A program made the translations under genes and the position numbers. This document shows positions 15,001-30,700 of a stretch of 64,000 nucleotides of DNA, one piece after another. The DNA is from Eledone cirrhosa (Eukaryota), in NCBI GenBank assembly GCA_964016885.1, contig OZ024746.1:20398001-20462000 (forward strand), read 5' to 3'. The notes below the pieces were generated by a model. The model saw nothing but the letters and a program-made list of their open reading frames with translations. It was not told the origin of the DNA and searched no databases. The stretch's first letter is position 1. Each line of letters begins with the position of its first letter.

Positions 15001-17047
15001 ACAATTTATATGTTAATTCAAATGTTTAAAGTATCTTTACTTGTGGACAAATTGTGAACATTTGTGGTAAATTAACGTAAAGACTTCATATAGACATGAT
15101 ACAGTTATAGTGTTGTTTTGTACTTGTGAAGACTGTTATGTTAATGTGGTTTCATGTGGTACAGGATATTAATAGTAAAATTTATAGGTTTGATGAGGTA
15201 GTAAATCTCATGGTTAAAATTCTTCAAAATAATAAGGGTATTTTAATTTGTTTTATGAAAATATTGTAAAATACATACACATTTTGTATAAAGTGAAAAC
15301 AGCCCTTCAGCTAATATATGATAGATGAAAAGGGGAACTTCATATAGAAGGTGCAGCAAACCCACAAACACAAGGTTGTGAGTTTGATTCCTGGTTTGAG
15401 TAAGATGCTTCATTTCATGTTGTTCCACTTTACTCAGTAGGAGAAAAAAGGAGTACTAATCATTTTTACAGTTTTTGTAAATTTGAGTGTGTTTAAAATT
15501 GTATAAAGTCAACATAAAAAGAAAGAAAAAGTGCATGTGTGTCTATCAATACCTAAGATGTTTGATATAAAGGTTATTAAGCATCGAGTTCAAATCTTAC
15601 TAAGGCCAGCTTTGCCTTTCATCTTTCCAAGGGTTAATAAAATAAAGTGCCAGTTAAGTGTTTGGAGGGGGGGGGGGGGGTCGATTATATTTGATTTTTC
15701 CCTTGTCCTAAATTTGCTGGCCTTGTTTCTAAATTAGAAATTAATATAAATGGGGATTAAAAAAAAAAAAAAATGGTAGGACTTATTACTGATTGCAATT
15801 GAATCCATTTGCAAATTTCTTGCCAAGAATTAGGTATTTTAAATCTTTTTGATCTCAAAATAATACTTATAATAATATTTAATATTATATAATGATATAT
15901 TATATTTTGTGTGTGTGTTTATGTATATATATATGTGTGTGTATGTTTGTGTATATATATATATATGTGTGTCTGTGTGTGTATATATATATATATATAT
16001 ATGTATAGCAAAATATATTTAATATGAATCAAAATATTTTTGTCGATATTATGCAATTGGCTTGCTTTATCAATACATATGTTTGGCCTGGTTTGCTTTC
16101 CATTATAAGCTTGTGTATTTTTTTCCTGCCATGTTTCAGTAAACTACCATGTATTTTAGTTGTAGGAACTTTTTGAAAAAGCAATTTGATAGGAAACTCA
16201 GAATGTGATGTCACTTTGTTGATTTCACATTGTTCATGCATTGGTTATTATATTATAAAGTGCAGTATATCACCCTACTATTTGCTATATTGTATCATCA
16301 TCATCATCTGTCTGTGAAATCAGACCACAAAAACAATGTTTCCATTAGTCTTTCCATTGCTGATACTATCTATCAGTTGCAACTCATCAATTCTTGGACA
16401 GGGTAATGTGTTATGTCCTTGAACAAGACATTTTATTTCATATTCCTCCTTTTCACGAGTTGCATCTGGTAGATAGTATCAGCAATGGAAACATTGTTTC
16501 CTTGGTCTGCTTTGATGAGCTTCACTCTACTTGGTGGGCGAGTAATGCCTGGGATCTTGTTGACGGATCTCTGTCTTTGCTAGCATGGGTTGGCTGGGTT
16601 TGCTTCAACACTTTGCACCTTGCCACACATGGTTCTTCACACGCAGCAACAGAGAAACTGCCAATCTTTGTTATTGTGCGTGTGTTTTTTTTTGTTTTTT
16701 TTTTTGTCTTATTGCATGTATTTTTGTATTTTTTGGGGGGTTTTGTTTTTAATGGTTGGATGCCCTTATCAACTACACTACATCATGGACTGGGTGCATT
16801 TTATCATGCCATTGGCACTTGAGAGGTTGATTGATAGTAATTCATAAACATAAACAAAATTGAGGATAGTGTTAGACTTGATTTAAGAGTTTGTTTATTT
16901 CTTGCATCTTCAAAACAGATTGTTTAGACCAGTGTGGAGAAATTCTAAGTAATACATGTCGCTAATTCCTTTGTAAGCAGTTAACATCTTTGTCCCGTTT
17001 GCTGTCCTGTTAGAATGAAGCAAAAGATATTAATATAATTTGTGTTT

Positions 17048-17079
<32 letters not shown>

Positions 17080-18680
17080 CTTTATAGTTATTTAAAATTG
17101 ATTTCTAAGTGGTTTTAACTTTGCTTCTGTTCTTTTTGTAATAGATCTGAATAAAAATGTCATTTTCAGGGAAAAAAACAAACTAGTGTCATTGGTTATA
17201 TCAGAAATTGCTTTAATCCTTTAGACTATTTAAACACTTCTATCATTTTTACAAGGTTTCTATTTTTGTAATTGTTATTGAAGTAGTTTTATTTCTTTTA
17301 AGGATTTATTAGCATTTCATAATTAAATCACTTCCCCAATTTGACTTTTAAACAAATGCCTCTTTTCTTTCTTCTTTTGCTCCAAGCAAAACATGGAAGG
17401 CAGTGTCTGTTCAGTCAGCTTATGGAAGTTTTAGTCTTGATAGCTTATGCATTTTTTTTTCCCCCGTTTAGGTTGACGGTGCCTATGCTGCAATAAAATT
17501 CCAGCCAAAAGAAACTGATCAGATGGGATCAGCCTCGAAAGAAGATCCTACAGCTGTGCTGCAAGATTGTCGCCTGTTGCGAAAAGACGAATTGCAGGTA
17601 TGAAACCCTTGATTGGAACACTGCTGAAATTCCACATTTGTTGGATTTTTAGTGTACTATACTTACTACTGGCTTGATAGAAATAACGAAACAAAAATAA
17701 CAGCTGTTCATATTTGCCTCACTTCTACAATTCCTTTCACTCCCTCCTCCTCTATTGTTTTAGTTACAAATGTTTGTGTCAAATTCTTTGTGATGTCTTG
17801 GGGGTGGGGTGGAAATTCTTGGTCAGTTTATTTCAAATATTGTGTAAATCTTTTGCCTGGAACTTGAAATATCCTTTTGGGTTTACACTGAAATAGTTGG
17901 TAATTACAACTATCTAAAAATGAATTTCCCAAATTAATCAAATATGTGTGTGTGTGTGTGTGTGTGTGTTTAACATATGATATAGGTTTACTAGTCTCTT
18001 CTTGATCTTTGTCTTGCATTAAATTAGAAATTCTCTGAGCTTGGTGATTGTTTTATCCTATTTGTTTCAATTCAGACATCTCTATTATATCAGTTTTTTT
18101 AATGTCCGTCAGTGTGTCTGTGCATGCATTTTAATAACTCACATAAAAGAAATATATAAACACTTGGTATTCATAAGCTTTCTATTGGATATAGAAGTAG
18201 AATAATTATAAATCTTATGCTTCAAAATTACTGTAAACGGTTTTCTGATAACAAAAATAAGGTAGTAGGACATTCAATTGATACTAAGCAGGTGGCCAAT
18301 TTTTAAGTCAGTCTGAATATTTATGTGAATAACTGATCGACCTTAAACTAGGTCTAGGTCACTGAGTATATTTATATATAAACTTAAAAAAAAAAACTAT
18401 TTGGGGAGGCCAGCAAAATTAACAACTGCCTAAAACGTGTATTTTTCTCCCCCCCCCCCCTTTTTTTTTTCTTTTCTAATTTTATTGGCGATTATAACAT
18501 TTTCCTAGAAACTTCTAAAAATTACTTAATAGATACTAATTGTGTATAAACGAAACAGAATGTGGGTGGTTTAAATCTCTCTAACTTTTCATTAATAATT
18601 GATATAATAATGCATGCTAATAACAAAATTAATTTTATTTCTGGAATATATAACATTTATTTACCATTTGCTTGCTTTGA

Positions 18681-18715
<35 letters not shown>

Positions 18716-21700
18716 ATTGGAAAATATGATACTGTTTTTTGTAACAGTATCCAATTTCCTATTGACAGTTTGTTACGCTTCTGCTATAACTATTCTGTTT
18801 CTTAATGCATTATTTCATAATTTTAATTGAAAAGTATTGTATATTTTTTTAAAATCAATGTTTTCACAAGCAAGGATTGGATTAAAAAAATTATTTAAAA
18901 TTAGATGTTATTTTGTTATTCAAATGATTCTTATCTACTAGGACCTGTAACCAGTAGATAGTATCAGCAATGGAAAGACCAACGGAAACATTGTTTTCTT
19001 GGTTCAATTTGATGAATTCCACCCAGCTTGATAAGCGAATGTGGTTTGCTGGGATCTTGTTGATTGATTCGATCAAATAACTCTTATAGAATAGTGATTT
19101 GCTTAATTAAGATTCCAGGATGATTGTAAAATTTAGATATTTTGTTAATATGATATCTAAGGTTATTAAGATGACATGCTCCAGATTTTGGCAAACATAC
19201 TGTTTTGCCTCTTAAATTATTTGTTCTTTGTTGATGTTTCTACGAGTTCTGAAATGTTCTTTAATATTTTGATATTAAAGAAATAGGCTGATCATTTATT
19301 ATATTTACTTTTTTCATTTTATTTTAGTCAAATTTATCTTAACTATAGAAGTCAAATTTAGTAATTTTCACAATTTTTACTTGAAATGTTTGATACTTTT
19401 TAAAATTGATACTTAATTGAAAATATACATAAAGAGATGTTAGAGCGCGCTCTCTCTTGTTTAAACATTGAAATTTTTTTTTTTTTTTCTCCACTCCAAC
19501 AGGTACTCAGAGGATCTAGTGCTCCTCGAATACCAGATTGTTTTCAGAAGATTCCTAAGAAAGTGACCATTGTTGAAAATGGACAGATTCTAGCTGTTGC
19601 TGTGGATTGTGAAGGTATGAAATTTAAGTTTTTAAAAATGTTTTCTACATGAATTGAGTACATTGTAACCAAGCAGCAATATCTCTGGATCACCTGTTAC
19701 AAATGATTTATAAGGAAGGATATCTCTGGATCATTTGTCACAGTTGCTCTATAAAGAGATATCTATGGATCACCTGTCACAAATGCTTTTTTTGCCTAAG
19801 TTATCTTATTGTCAAAGTTCATCAATATTTTGGTTGTCTCAAGATATTTTATGATCAGGGTTAAAAACCATTTTTTTTTTTTTTTTTTTTCAAAATGATT
19901 TTAATATTTCATTCAGTCCTGTTAACCCCCCTCCCCCACTAATTACTTATGATGTATATTTTATTTTCAGGCATTCATGTGATTGCTCGTTGTGGAGCCC
20001 GTCTCAGTTACATGGTTTACAATCTTAGTTCTGGTAAAGTAGAACAAAACAGCCCTTTTCCAACTGATACTCAGTCTTTCCTTGGTAATTTTGACCGACC
20101 AATTACTCTGCACAACAGTGGAGAGGTAAATATATTTAATTTTCATGCATTAAAAGGAAATGTTTGTTTGTTTTTTAAAAAAAGGATTACTGAATTGGTA
20201 TATGACCGTACATCTATCTATCTAAGGCGGGTAAAATTCCCGAGATCCATGGACGAGTTCTCCCCAGCGGTCTCTGTCCCTCATTATCGCTGCCATATCC
20301 TGCATCTCCAACAGACCAGTGTCTGTCCTTAGGGCATCAACATATGTTAACCTTGGTCTTCCTCTTCTAGTGTGTCCATGTAGGGGCTCCCAAAGGAGCA
20401 CTGAGTGCAATGTCAACTCTGGATGTCGGTGAGCATGTCCAGCCAACCTCAGTCTCCTCTGTGTCACTTTTGAGCTGACTTTTGGGATGCTCCCATACAG
20501 AGGATTTGATGCGGGAGGTTGAGACTGTGTCGATGAGTGTGGGGCTGAGAATGAATGAGACTAAAACAAAATATCTGGTGGAGAATGTTGAGAAGCCAGA
20601 GGGGATCACTAATGTAGGCGGGAAGCCGCTAGAATTGGTTGAGGACTTCCTGTATTTGGGAGCAAAGATTGGGAATACGGAAGATGATGTGGTTGGGAGG
20701 AAGAGCAAGGCCTGGGCGGCGTGTCACAGCTTGAGATCGGTGTGGAAGTCGGACCTTCGTAGAGACCTGAAAATCCGCCTCTTCATTGCTGTAGTGGAGT
20801 CTGTGCTGCTGTATGGGTCTGAGACTTGGACACTGACCAAGAGACTCACTCAGATGGTGGATGGGTGCTACACGAGAATGACCGTACATAAGTGTGATAA
20901 AAAGCCCTCGGCCTGTATGGGAGGCCAGTAGCCCGGCTTCAGTACTGACTTGATCTATGTAGACTTGTCCAACCCTTGCTAACAGGAAAAGGGGACGTTA
21001 AATGATGATAATGAACATATCATATTTAGATAAATGGTATTGTGTAATAGGTAATCTTAAATGTTGTAGCAATGTAAGAAAAATGAAGGAATTCACCTAT
21101 GCTCTGTCAGAGGCTATTACTGGATTGTGATTTTCTAAGTACTTTATTCAGATTAGTAAGATATGTAGAAGAGAACAGATGTAGTAAGAGATTCTAATTA
21201 ATTATGAAGCAACAATAAATTTCAATATTATATTTTATAAGCAAGAAAACTAGACAAATTTGTGCTGTAATTTAAGATAATATAAGCAATTATGTATTTG
21301 GAGTATTGTTACTTGGTAGAATGCGTAGTTCAGAGATCAATGTCGCTCCAGGTAGAGCCACTATTTCTCCGAATTGATAGATCAGAGTTCTGATACTACG
21401 GCCATGTGATTAGAATGTCTTGGGAAAGAATTGCTGGACAGGCTTTACAGCAAAACCAACCAGCAGGGGACCCAGGGCAAGATGGTTGGATAATCTTCAT
21501 GAGCTCAGTGGGACTCGCTTGGGGATCCAGCTAGATCAACTGGAGACGGTTGCTTCCAACAGGACCTACTGGAAGGAGTGTTTCAGGACTCCACGACCCT
21601 CCCAAGAATAAGTGGGTGAAGAAGTTATTTGTCCTATAGTACTAACACAATGGTTATTTTTTTCTTTCAATCTAGAATGTGTCATTTATTTACTGTATGA

Positions 21701-24700
21701 AAGATATTTTTATATTTTATAGGAATCTCCAGTTTTGTTACGTGATGGATGTGGAGCTATTTATCCTCTGGCCAAAGATTGCACTGATGGTATACGTGAT
21801 CCATTGTGGCTTGACCTTCCACCTGTGCGTTGCCTCAGTGTCCGAGCCCAGTGTCTTTCCAATGTAGCCAGTAATATGAAGAACAAAGCTGTAATTATTG
21901 TCTTAGCTGTAGAGGTAAATACTATTTAAAAAAAAATCTTATTGGTTTTTCTTCTTATATTACTTAGAATTTATAAATATTCTTTTATTGATCTGTTGTT
22001 GGACTGCAGCCATGCTAAGGCACTATCTTTAAAGGTTTGATTTGATCATATCAACACCGATACTTATTTGAAGTTTGGTGCATATCGATCCCTATTTCTC
22101 AAACTGCCATATTAAACGACATAAACAAAAGGCACCCATTTTTTTTTTAAGCGGGGTCAACGGAAAGATAGGTACTGAGACACTACAGGTTTCTGTCTAT
22201 CAAATTTCCCTCACAAGGCATTGATCAACATGAAGCTATAATAGAAGACACTTACCCAAGGTGCCTTTGCAGTGAGACCGAACCAAGTGATTTCGAAGAA
22301 AACTTCTTAACCACCTGGTCATTCCTGCAAATCATATTTAAGATCCTTGAATAAGATTTAAATGATTTGTGAAAATGATAAAATGTTCTGTGCAAGATAC
22401 ATATCTGTCCAACCCATGCAAGCATAGAATAACAGGCATAAAAACGATGATTAATTTGTTATAACAATCTTCAAAATATTTTCTTTCAGCATCAAATGCT
22501 AATTCCTCATATTCTTAGATGTGATTTGGAGAAGGTTAGAACCATTATGAGTTCTATGGAGCCAGAACATTCTGGTAAGTTAAAATTTGAATGAATTTAT
22601 AATGTGCCTGATTTAGTAATTGTTTTTTTTTTTCCTCTCTAGAATTAGAGAAAAAAAATACCATATGTCAGTTGTTATTTAGTACAGCCATAAACTAGTA
22701 GTTTAGTACAGCTAGTGACAACTATCTGCTTATCCTGTTTTCTGATGAGAATGGTGTAAATCTTTCTTATGTGGTCAGGTGGTTTGTTAGTTTCCTGAGG
22801 TTAGTATTGCAGCAAGATCATTTGCATCACAAGTCTCTAGAAGTCCCAATCCATCTTCATTTCTCGAGCGATACCCACAGCCACCATGCCATTTAGGATA
22901 GCGATCTTAGTGTTGCTCAACATGTCCATTAAAGTTGTCAGCCATGATTATGAATTCATTGTCAGCCGTAGAAAGCTTACCAAACAAAAAGTTTGGAGGC
23001 GCCTTCAGTTGTGTCAAAGATATGACAACCTCTCCTGTGCACTTGATAGAATGTGAAACTGTACATAAGCGAGATGTAGATCTCTAGCTTCTCCGGCAGA
23101 TCAGCAGCCCCACTTCAGTACTTACATGCTCTATGTAAACCCATCTAACCTTTGCTAATAGAGGAAGTGGATGTTAAAATGATGATGATACTTTTTATTT
23201 AGGTGTTCTTTTGTTCATAAGTTAGTCTCAGTTCTGGTGTGTAAACAGAGATAACAGTTGTTGTCACTTTGCCTGTAACTAGTCTAAGTTTGATAATTAT
23301 GTTACATACTCTCTACCTCAATTACTTTTATTAATTTCTCTGCTAACATGCCTACACCAGCTACTTCCTCATTGTTACCCACCCAGGGAATATAAAGATA
23401 TACCGTGTCAATAGTTATGCAACAAAACTGCTTCTAACAATGCTTTTCTATTTTTTTCCTTAGCTTCTACTTCATGTGGTAGTCAACAGAGTCAAAGAAC
23501 AGTTCAAGAGGTGTTGACAGAAAGGTGTGATGGTAGTCGCAACATCCTCCATACTTGTGTTGCAGTTTGTGTTCCATCCTCAAATAAGGACTGTGAATCA
23601 GGTAACATACTTTAATTTTTCCAGAGATATAAACTAAAAAGTGTATCCATCCGATTGGATACCCAGTAGTGTTTGCATATGATGTTTTTATCAAAGTACT
23701 TGAAATTCTCAACTTGCCTCAAGGACCTCCAGCACTACCTCTACAGATGTCTAGAGATTTGTGGATCACTGGTTGGGTACTTTTGTTATATATATTTGAA
23801 AATAATTTGTTTCCATATAAAATTTATCTAAACGATTATTTAATAATGTTAAAAATATATTCTGTTAAATGAAATGATTTGTTTGAAATATAAAGTATAA
23901 TAATTAAGATTTTATTTCATTTGTAGAGTCTTCAAGCACAGGAAATTACAACCCTTGCTTAGATACATTCAATGCTGTCAGTAGCGCAGTTGAGACGCTG
24001 GCTTCTATTCAGGCTCGGGGGACTGACTCTACAAATCGTGGGTATGTATTTAATAAATGCACAATTACCTTGAAGATTAAACATATTTTCATAATAATAT
24101 TTTATGCAATGTTGAGCGAATAAATCATTACCATGATTTAAGTCTACTTTCCATTAGTACAATACTTTAGTCAAATCAAGCTTCTGTCTGCTACTGCTAC
24201 CATGTAACTCAGTGCAATCTGCTTCATGGTTGAGTGGTCAGCAACGAAACCAGCTTCCTCACCAGACCAGGGTCTGGTGAGGAGAGTAAGTGGATCAAAA
24301 AACAAACTGCTAAAAGGGCAATATGAACTCCTCAGAGTCAACAGGCATCCACATCAACTATGTGTTAAATAGCTTCACCAATCCACAATTGGCTAAGTGT
24401 GGTGAGTATGGCTGCACCACTCACATGACCAAAACCAACGAAATTGGTGGAGGTCAACCAGGGAGAGCCTCCTCCAGGAGGAATGAAAAGGCCTTGAATT
24501 GTATTGGACAATATTTTAGATTTATAGAGATGGATAAGTGTATCTCATATTCATGCCTTCATTTGGGTTGAAATGAATAGAAGTGTGTATTTACATAAAT
24601 GTTAGAATTCCTTTCAATTTTTAACTGAAAAGAAAAAAATAGTTGAATTAAAATTAGAATAGTATTCACCATCACCACCGTTTAACGTCCATTTTTCCTT

Positions 24701-27700
24701 GCTAGCATGGGTTAAATGAGTTGTCCTGTTGTGAGACGGGTAACTGTGTCTTGCTCATACAGAACTGATTTTGGCTTGGTTTCTATGGTTGGATGCCCTT
24801 CCTAACGCCAACCACATTTACAATGTGGGCTGGGTATTTTTGTCATGTCACCAACATGACTGCATTACAGTGTAGGCTGTAAGTAATTTTATATATGATG
24901 GGTGAAGAAATGTATGCTGGTGGAAATTAACATGTTAGTATGAATTTAATATTAGTCTATTCTGAACATAAAAATGGAAATTTTAGAATGAGCATGTTTA
25001 TTTCAATGATGACCAATTGGAATTTAAATATTTTACTCAGAATATTTTATACGGCTTTGATTTTAAAAAAAAATGTCTGAAAATTATTATTATTATTTTT
25101 AAGTGTCAGTCTCCGAGAGATGATGAGAAGAGCATCAACAACTGCCCGTGCTGTTAGTGGTCTTGACGTACGCGAATCAGATTCTATTGCAATACCCACT
25201 CTAAGCTGGCCTACTGATCCACCCGGATTTGATGCTCTCAGAGCAGGTAAGATATTAAGACATACTTTCTAGTTCTGAGTAGCTTGCTACTGCTTTACAC
25301 ATTTCTCAACAATAAAATCTCAGTGCACCTAAATCATAGAATAGCTCATTTCTTGATTGTGATTGATTTATTTTAAGATATGAATGATAAACCTATTGTT
25401 GAAAGATTTATAGCAATTTATTTAAAGTATGTAGTGTCACAATGACTAAGTAGATAAGGTATTGGACTGACCCGAATATATTTTCCTTTTAAATCTACTC
25501 CAGGTATTCCATATCCCCTTTAATTTTTCTGTCTCAGGTCATGAAGTTATTGGGAGATAAGTGCCATAACCTGAAAAAATGATCATGACCTACTTCTTAT
25601 AGTAAATTCAGTTATAAGAAGTAGGTCATCAGCAGACAAGAGTTTCCATGGGAAACCAATCTATGGCCTAGAAGACTATAACGAGCAGATGGGGGCTGAA
25701 GACTGAGCCCTGGTGTTTGTCTCTGTACTCATTTTCAACCCTCACCTTGTAAATTGCACACCCCTTACAAACCATTTATCTACCCATACTCTCCTTAGTC
25801 TCCACCAAATTACAAATTACCCTGGTACCCTGCAAAGGCCTTCAAATTTCAGAAGCTTTGTATTTCACATTTTATTTGTACTAGCTTTTAATTAAAGTAG
25901 TTTTGAAATGAATTCTATTGTAGATTTATGGAAGAATCTTTTGTTGTAATTGAAACACTACTTTAATATATTAATAAATAAAGAAGTTATAATTATTTTT
26001 TTTCGACCAGTCTAAGATCATGATTATTTTAGGATTTAATTGAAGCACTTAAGAGGTGTATTTTATTTAAAACTATAGTAGCAAAAGAGTTGAATATGTA
26101 CAAAAATTAGAATTTGTTGTACTGTAAATGTCTTTTGTGATATTTTTATGCAATTTTCTTTACAGATAACGAACGCTCAAGTTTATCACGACAATCATCA
26201 AGTGGCTTTTCTACTGCTATTGGCAATGTTCAAGAGCATAGTACAATATCAATGCCTCCAGTTAAGTTAGAAGAGAAAGACAGAAAATACAATGCACTTC
26301 AAATCCTGAAGCTTCTGTGTGAAAGCCCTGCTTTACAACCTCATTTGTTGGAGCTTCTCTCTGCCAAGTAGGTTTCACATTGCTTTTTTTTCTCATTTTT
26401 ATAGACTTGCAAAAGATTAAGAATTATTAAAGAAATGTTTTTTTTTTGTTTCCTACACCAAGATGTTACATGTGGTGTTCAATATTTCATGGCAAAGTAG
26501 CATTACCAACAAAGTTCTTTATGGTGCTCTGCCACGAGTTTCTTCAAAAGTTTGATCTCGTCACTTGGCTCTTGCTGGTCATGTTTCATGCAATGATGAA
26601 CCTGCAAGGAAACTGCTTCTCTGGTTACCAGATACAAACCACATGGTAGGACGTCTAAACATAACCATCAGGACTCTGTTGGCATGGAACACTGACCTCA
26701 CTGGATGGGATCTTCTTGCTGTGATGAGAGTTTGGGAAATCTGGACCAAGAACTTTGTGTATGCTTCACCTTCAATGGAGGGATGACTCAAGAAGAATTA
26801 CTTACTTTATACCCTTCTCAACATACTCATGTTTCCCAACCTTAGCTATATTGCCCATTGATGAGTAATTTCAACTGTTGGGTGGGTGATGAGCAACTGA
26901 ACAGAAAATGGTGGGCGACTGGAAATTTTGGTGGATGGTATAGAGTTTTGAGTATTAAGAAGGTATTTCAACATGTGCTTCCCCCTAAAACTATGCAAAG
27001 GACCTTTATTAAAAAAACAGGAGGCTAAATGGAAATTTTTACCATCCATTTTTGGTATGCTTTTGAATATTTACTACACAGATGGGCAATGGAAAATGTT
27101 TCCATGTGAAAGTGGACGATGGCGCAAAAAAGGTTGGGAACCCTTGGTTTGCACAATGATCAATAGAGAGTGGTATGTTTGCATCTAGTCTATATAACCT
27201 GCAGAATTTTTCTATATTACAATTCTGGTACATACTGAGTTGAATATTGGCTAATAATTATAATTAATTTTACAGGGTGATATTCAAACAGAATTTGAAT
27301 AACTTTATATTTTACAAAATTTACCTGTAATTAGTTTTGAAACAAAAATTATAGAACTATTTTTATTTAAGAATCTTTTGTTAGAAATTTAGTAATGCTA
27401 GGGTTAATATTGTTTAGAAACAGATACATTATTCTCATGTTAATACATTCTTTTCTTTCTCCTTTAGGAATGCTGAAGGATGTACACCATTTATGCAAGC
27501 TGTGTGTGGTAGAGCTTATTCTGCTGCTCTTTTACTCATGGATATAGCTAAGAAAGTGGCCTTGAAAGATAAAGAAGTTGACAAAAATGTGCTTATGACA
27601 ATGTTATATCCTACTGGATCAAGCCTAGACAATTCTCCTCTTCATGTATTATGTTGTAATGACACATGCAGTTTTACGTGGACCGGTGCCGAACATATTA

Positions 27701-30700
27701 ATCAAGTAAATATTTAAAAGCCTATTTTATCTCTATATACAATTTTGTGTGTTGTATGTGTACGATTGTGTAATAAGGTCAATTTACATATTTCGAGGTG
27801 GTTGTGTTGGGGACGCGACAAAAAGCACACAGTTCACTCTGTAAAGTGGTTGTGTTGGGGACATGACAAAAAGCACCCAGTCCAACCTGTCAGTTGGTCA
27901 TGTTGGAGACATGACAAAATGTGCCCAGTCCACTCTGTAAAGTTGTCATTTTGGTCCCATGATAAAAAGCACCCAGTTCACACTGTAAATATGGTTGAGA
28001 CATGATTACCTGATCTGACTTGTCTCACAATGGGTCAACTCGTCTAACTCGTGCTAGTGAAGAAAATGGTGATGATGATGATGAATTTACATATTAGTTT
28101 TCTTTCAGGCGGATTGGTACCAAAAGGATTAAGCTGACTGAACAAAAATGACTGTGATATTAGTTTATCCCTTTCACTACCACATTTCAAATGAAATGCA
28201 CTCTTACTTCAATTAATTAATGAAGAATTTTTGAAGGATCTACTAAAATTATAATTTCATTACTAAGATATAGTTCTTATATAAAATTGTTAGAATGTTT
28301 TAATTGAAATAGAAACCCGTTAAAATGTGTGGTTTTATTTCATAGATACAGAGCAGGTTTTGGCAGGTTTGGTATTAAAGAGGTTAAATAATTATGAACT
28401 ATGTGATAAATGGGTCTGATGTATATGTTGAGGTGATTACGTGTCAAATGTTTACTGCTTTAGTTACAATCCTGTTTATTTGATAACATTTGAAGACTGT
28501 TTTTAAGATTTCTCTCTTTCAACCTTAGCTTTCATATTGCTGAAACAATATTTCTTATAAATGTTTACAGGATATATTTGAATGTCGAACTTGTGGTCTT
28601 GTTGGCTCCTTATGTTGTTGCACTGAGTGTGCTCGTGTATGTCACAAAGGACATGATTGCAAGTAAGTTAGTCTTTTAAATTTCATTTTCTATCAGTTGA
28701 AATAGTGTTTTATAGCTACAACAAAAGTACCCACTCCATCCTGTAAGGTGGTTGTGATGGTGACCTGACAAAAAGTACTTAGTCCACCCTGTAAGGTGGT
28801 CGTGATTGTGACAAGTCCATCCTGTTAAGATTTTAGGAAGGGCATCCAATTGTAGAAACGAAGCCAAAATACAGATCCGTATGAACAAGACACGGTCTCC
28901 AGACCCGACTTGTCTCATAATGTGGCAACCTGTCTAACCCACACAAGCGTGAAAAATGGAATTTGTAAAGATATGAGTTGGACTTTTGGATCTTCAGTCA
29001 GCTGCAATAGAGGTTAACCAAAGAAAACTTGGGTGGAGGTGTTGGGAGATGATCTCAAATCACTGAAACTCAGAGAGGAGATGACAAAGGATTGTGACAA
29101 ATGGAGAGATTCTGTGATGGAAAGAACCAGTCCAACCCATGCGAGTGTGGTAAAATGGTTGTAAAAACAATGATGTGAAATCTAATTTCTGAAAAATCAT
29201 TTTCATCTAATTAAAGAATTTGTATTTCCATAACAGATTGTTTTTTTTGTGGAAGTGTAACATTATGTAGATAGTATAATCGCTAATTTAAGTTTCTTTT
29301 TCCTGTTGTAGTTTTGTTTTTATACACTTCCATAATTTTTATATTTAAGGTTAAAAAGAACTTCACCAACTGCATACTGTGATTGTTGGGAAAAATGTAA
29401 GTGTAAAGCTCTAATTGCTGGCAACCCAACTGCACGGCTTGAATTGTTAAATCGACTTCTATCAGAAACCGAATTAGTGACTCTACCAAACAGCAGGTGA
29501 GTTAGCTATCATAGTGTCTAATTTTATTATATTCTCGGTAATTATTATATGGAGAGTGGATTGGCAGTATTGGTAGAGCATTGGACAACAGGCTTTGCAG
29601 CATATAGCGATGGTCCTTTAAGTTCTGAGTTTAAATTCTACCAAGGTTAGCTTTGCCTTTCATCCTTACGGGGGTGTCGATAAAATAAAGTACCAGTAAC
29701 GTGCTGGGGTCGATTTAATTGACTCTCCCTTCCACAAAAATTGTTGACCTTGGGCCTAAATCAGAAACCATTATATTCTCCGTAATTATATTTTTGTTGT
29801 TGGTGATTGAATGCAGACAACATGCAGTGAAGAGACTCTTTGTCTTGTCAAGGACATGACAACTGTTCTATTGCAGTGCCACAATAAAATACACCCAGTA
29901 CATTCTGTTAAGTTAATGGCACCAGCCATAGAAACCATGCCGATAATAGAATGCCCAAATGAAATGTAGTGCTTTAGGAGTGTAGTAACTCAAGATAAGA
30001 GCTGATTGACATTGTAACGACCTGTTCAATCATTGCCAGCAAATGTGAAATGTTGATGATGATGCTGACTGTGATGTCAGTGTTTTAAACTGCTCAAATT
30101 TGAATTTTGAATAAGTATCTGACATGTTCCTATTTATACTGATGTAGTTTTATTATACATTTTTGTTGCAGAGGAGAGAACATTCTGTTGTTCCTTGTCC
30201 AAACTGTTGGACGCCAGCTGATTGAACAGCGATCTTGCCGGCCGCCTAGAGCTAGAATGGGAGGACCAAGAAAAAATCCAGTTTCTGAGATTGGTCAGTA
30301 GCTATTCTATCTTTTAATACTGCTAAATTTTGGTTTGATGCTTGCTTCTTATATTCATTATTTAATTTAAAAAAAATTTATTTGTATTTCTATTTCCCCC
30401 ATAAAACTGAATGTTGCAGCTGATATTGAAATGCCTGAGCATGATTTAGAACCACCACGCTTCAGTAGACAAGCTTTAGAAAAGATTCTTGAAAATTGGA
30501 CTGCTGTAAAAGCCATGCTACTCTGTGGTAGAAAAGAACACTTATCCAGGTAATTGGCAATATTTCTACCATTTTTCATTTTCATGTTTTACTTTTCTAT
30601 AATGACAGGAAGCTGCTAGGTTTAAGATACCAATGACCTATGCTCTGAAGAGTATGGTTTTTGGTCTCTTGGAAGCTTACTCTTTTTTTATTCCTTCCTT

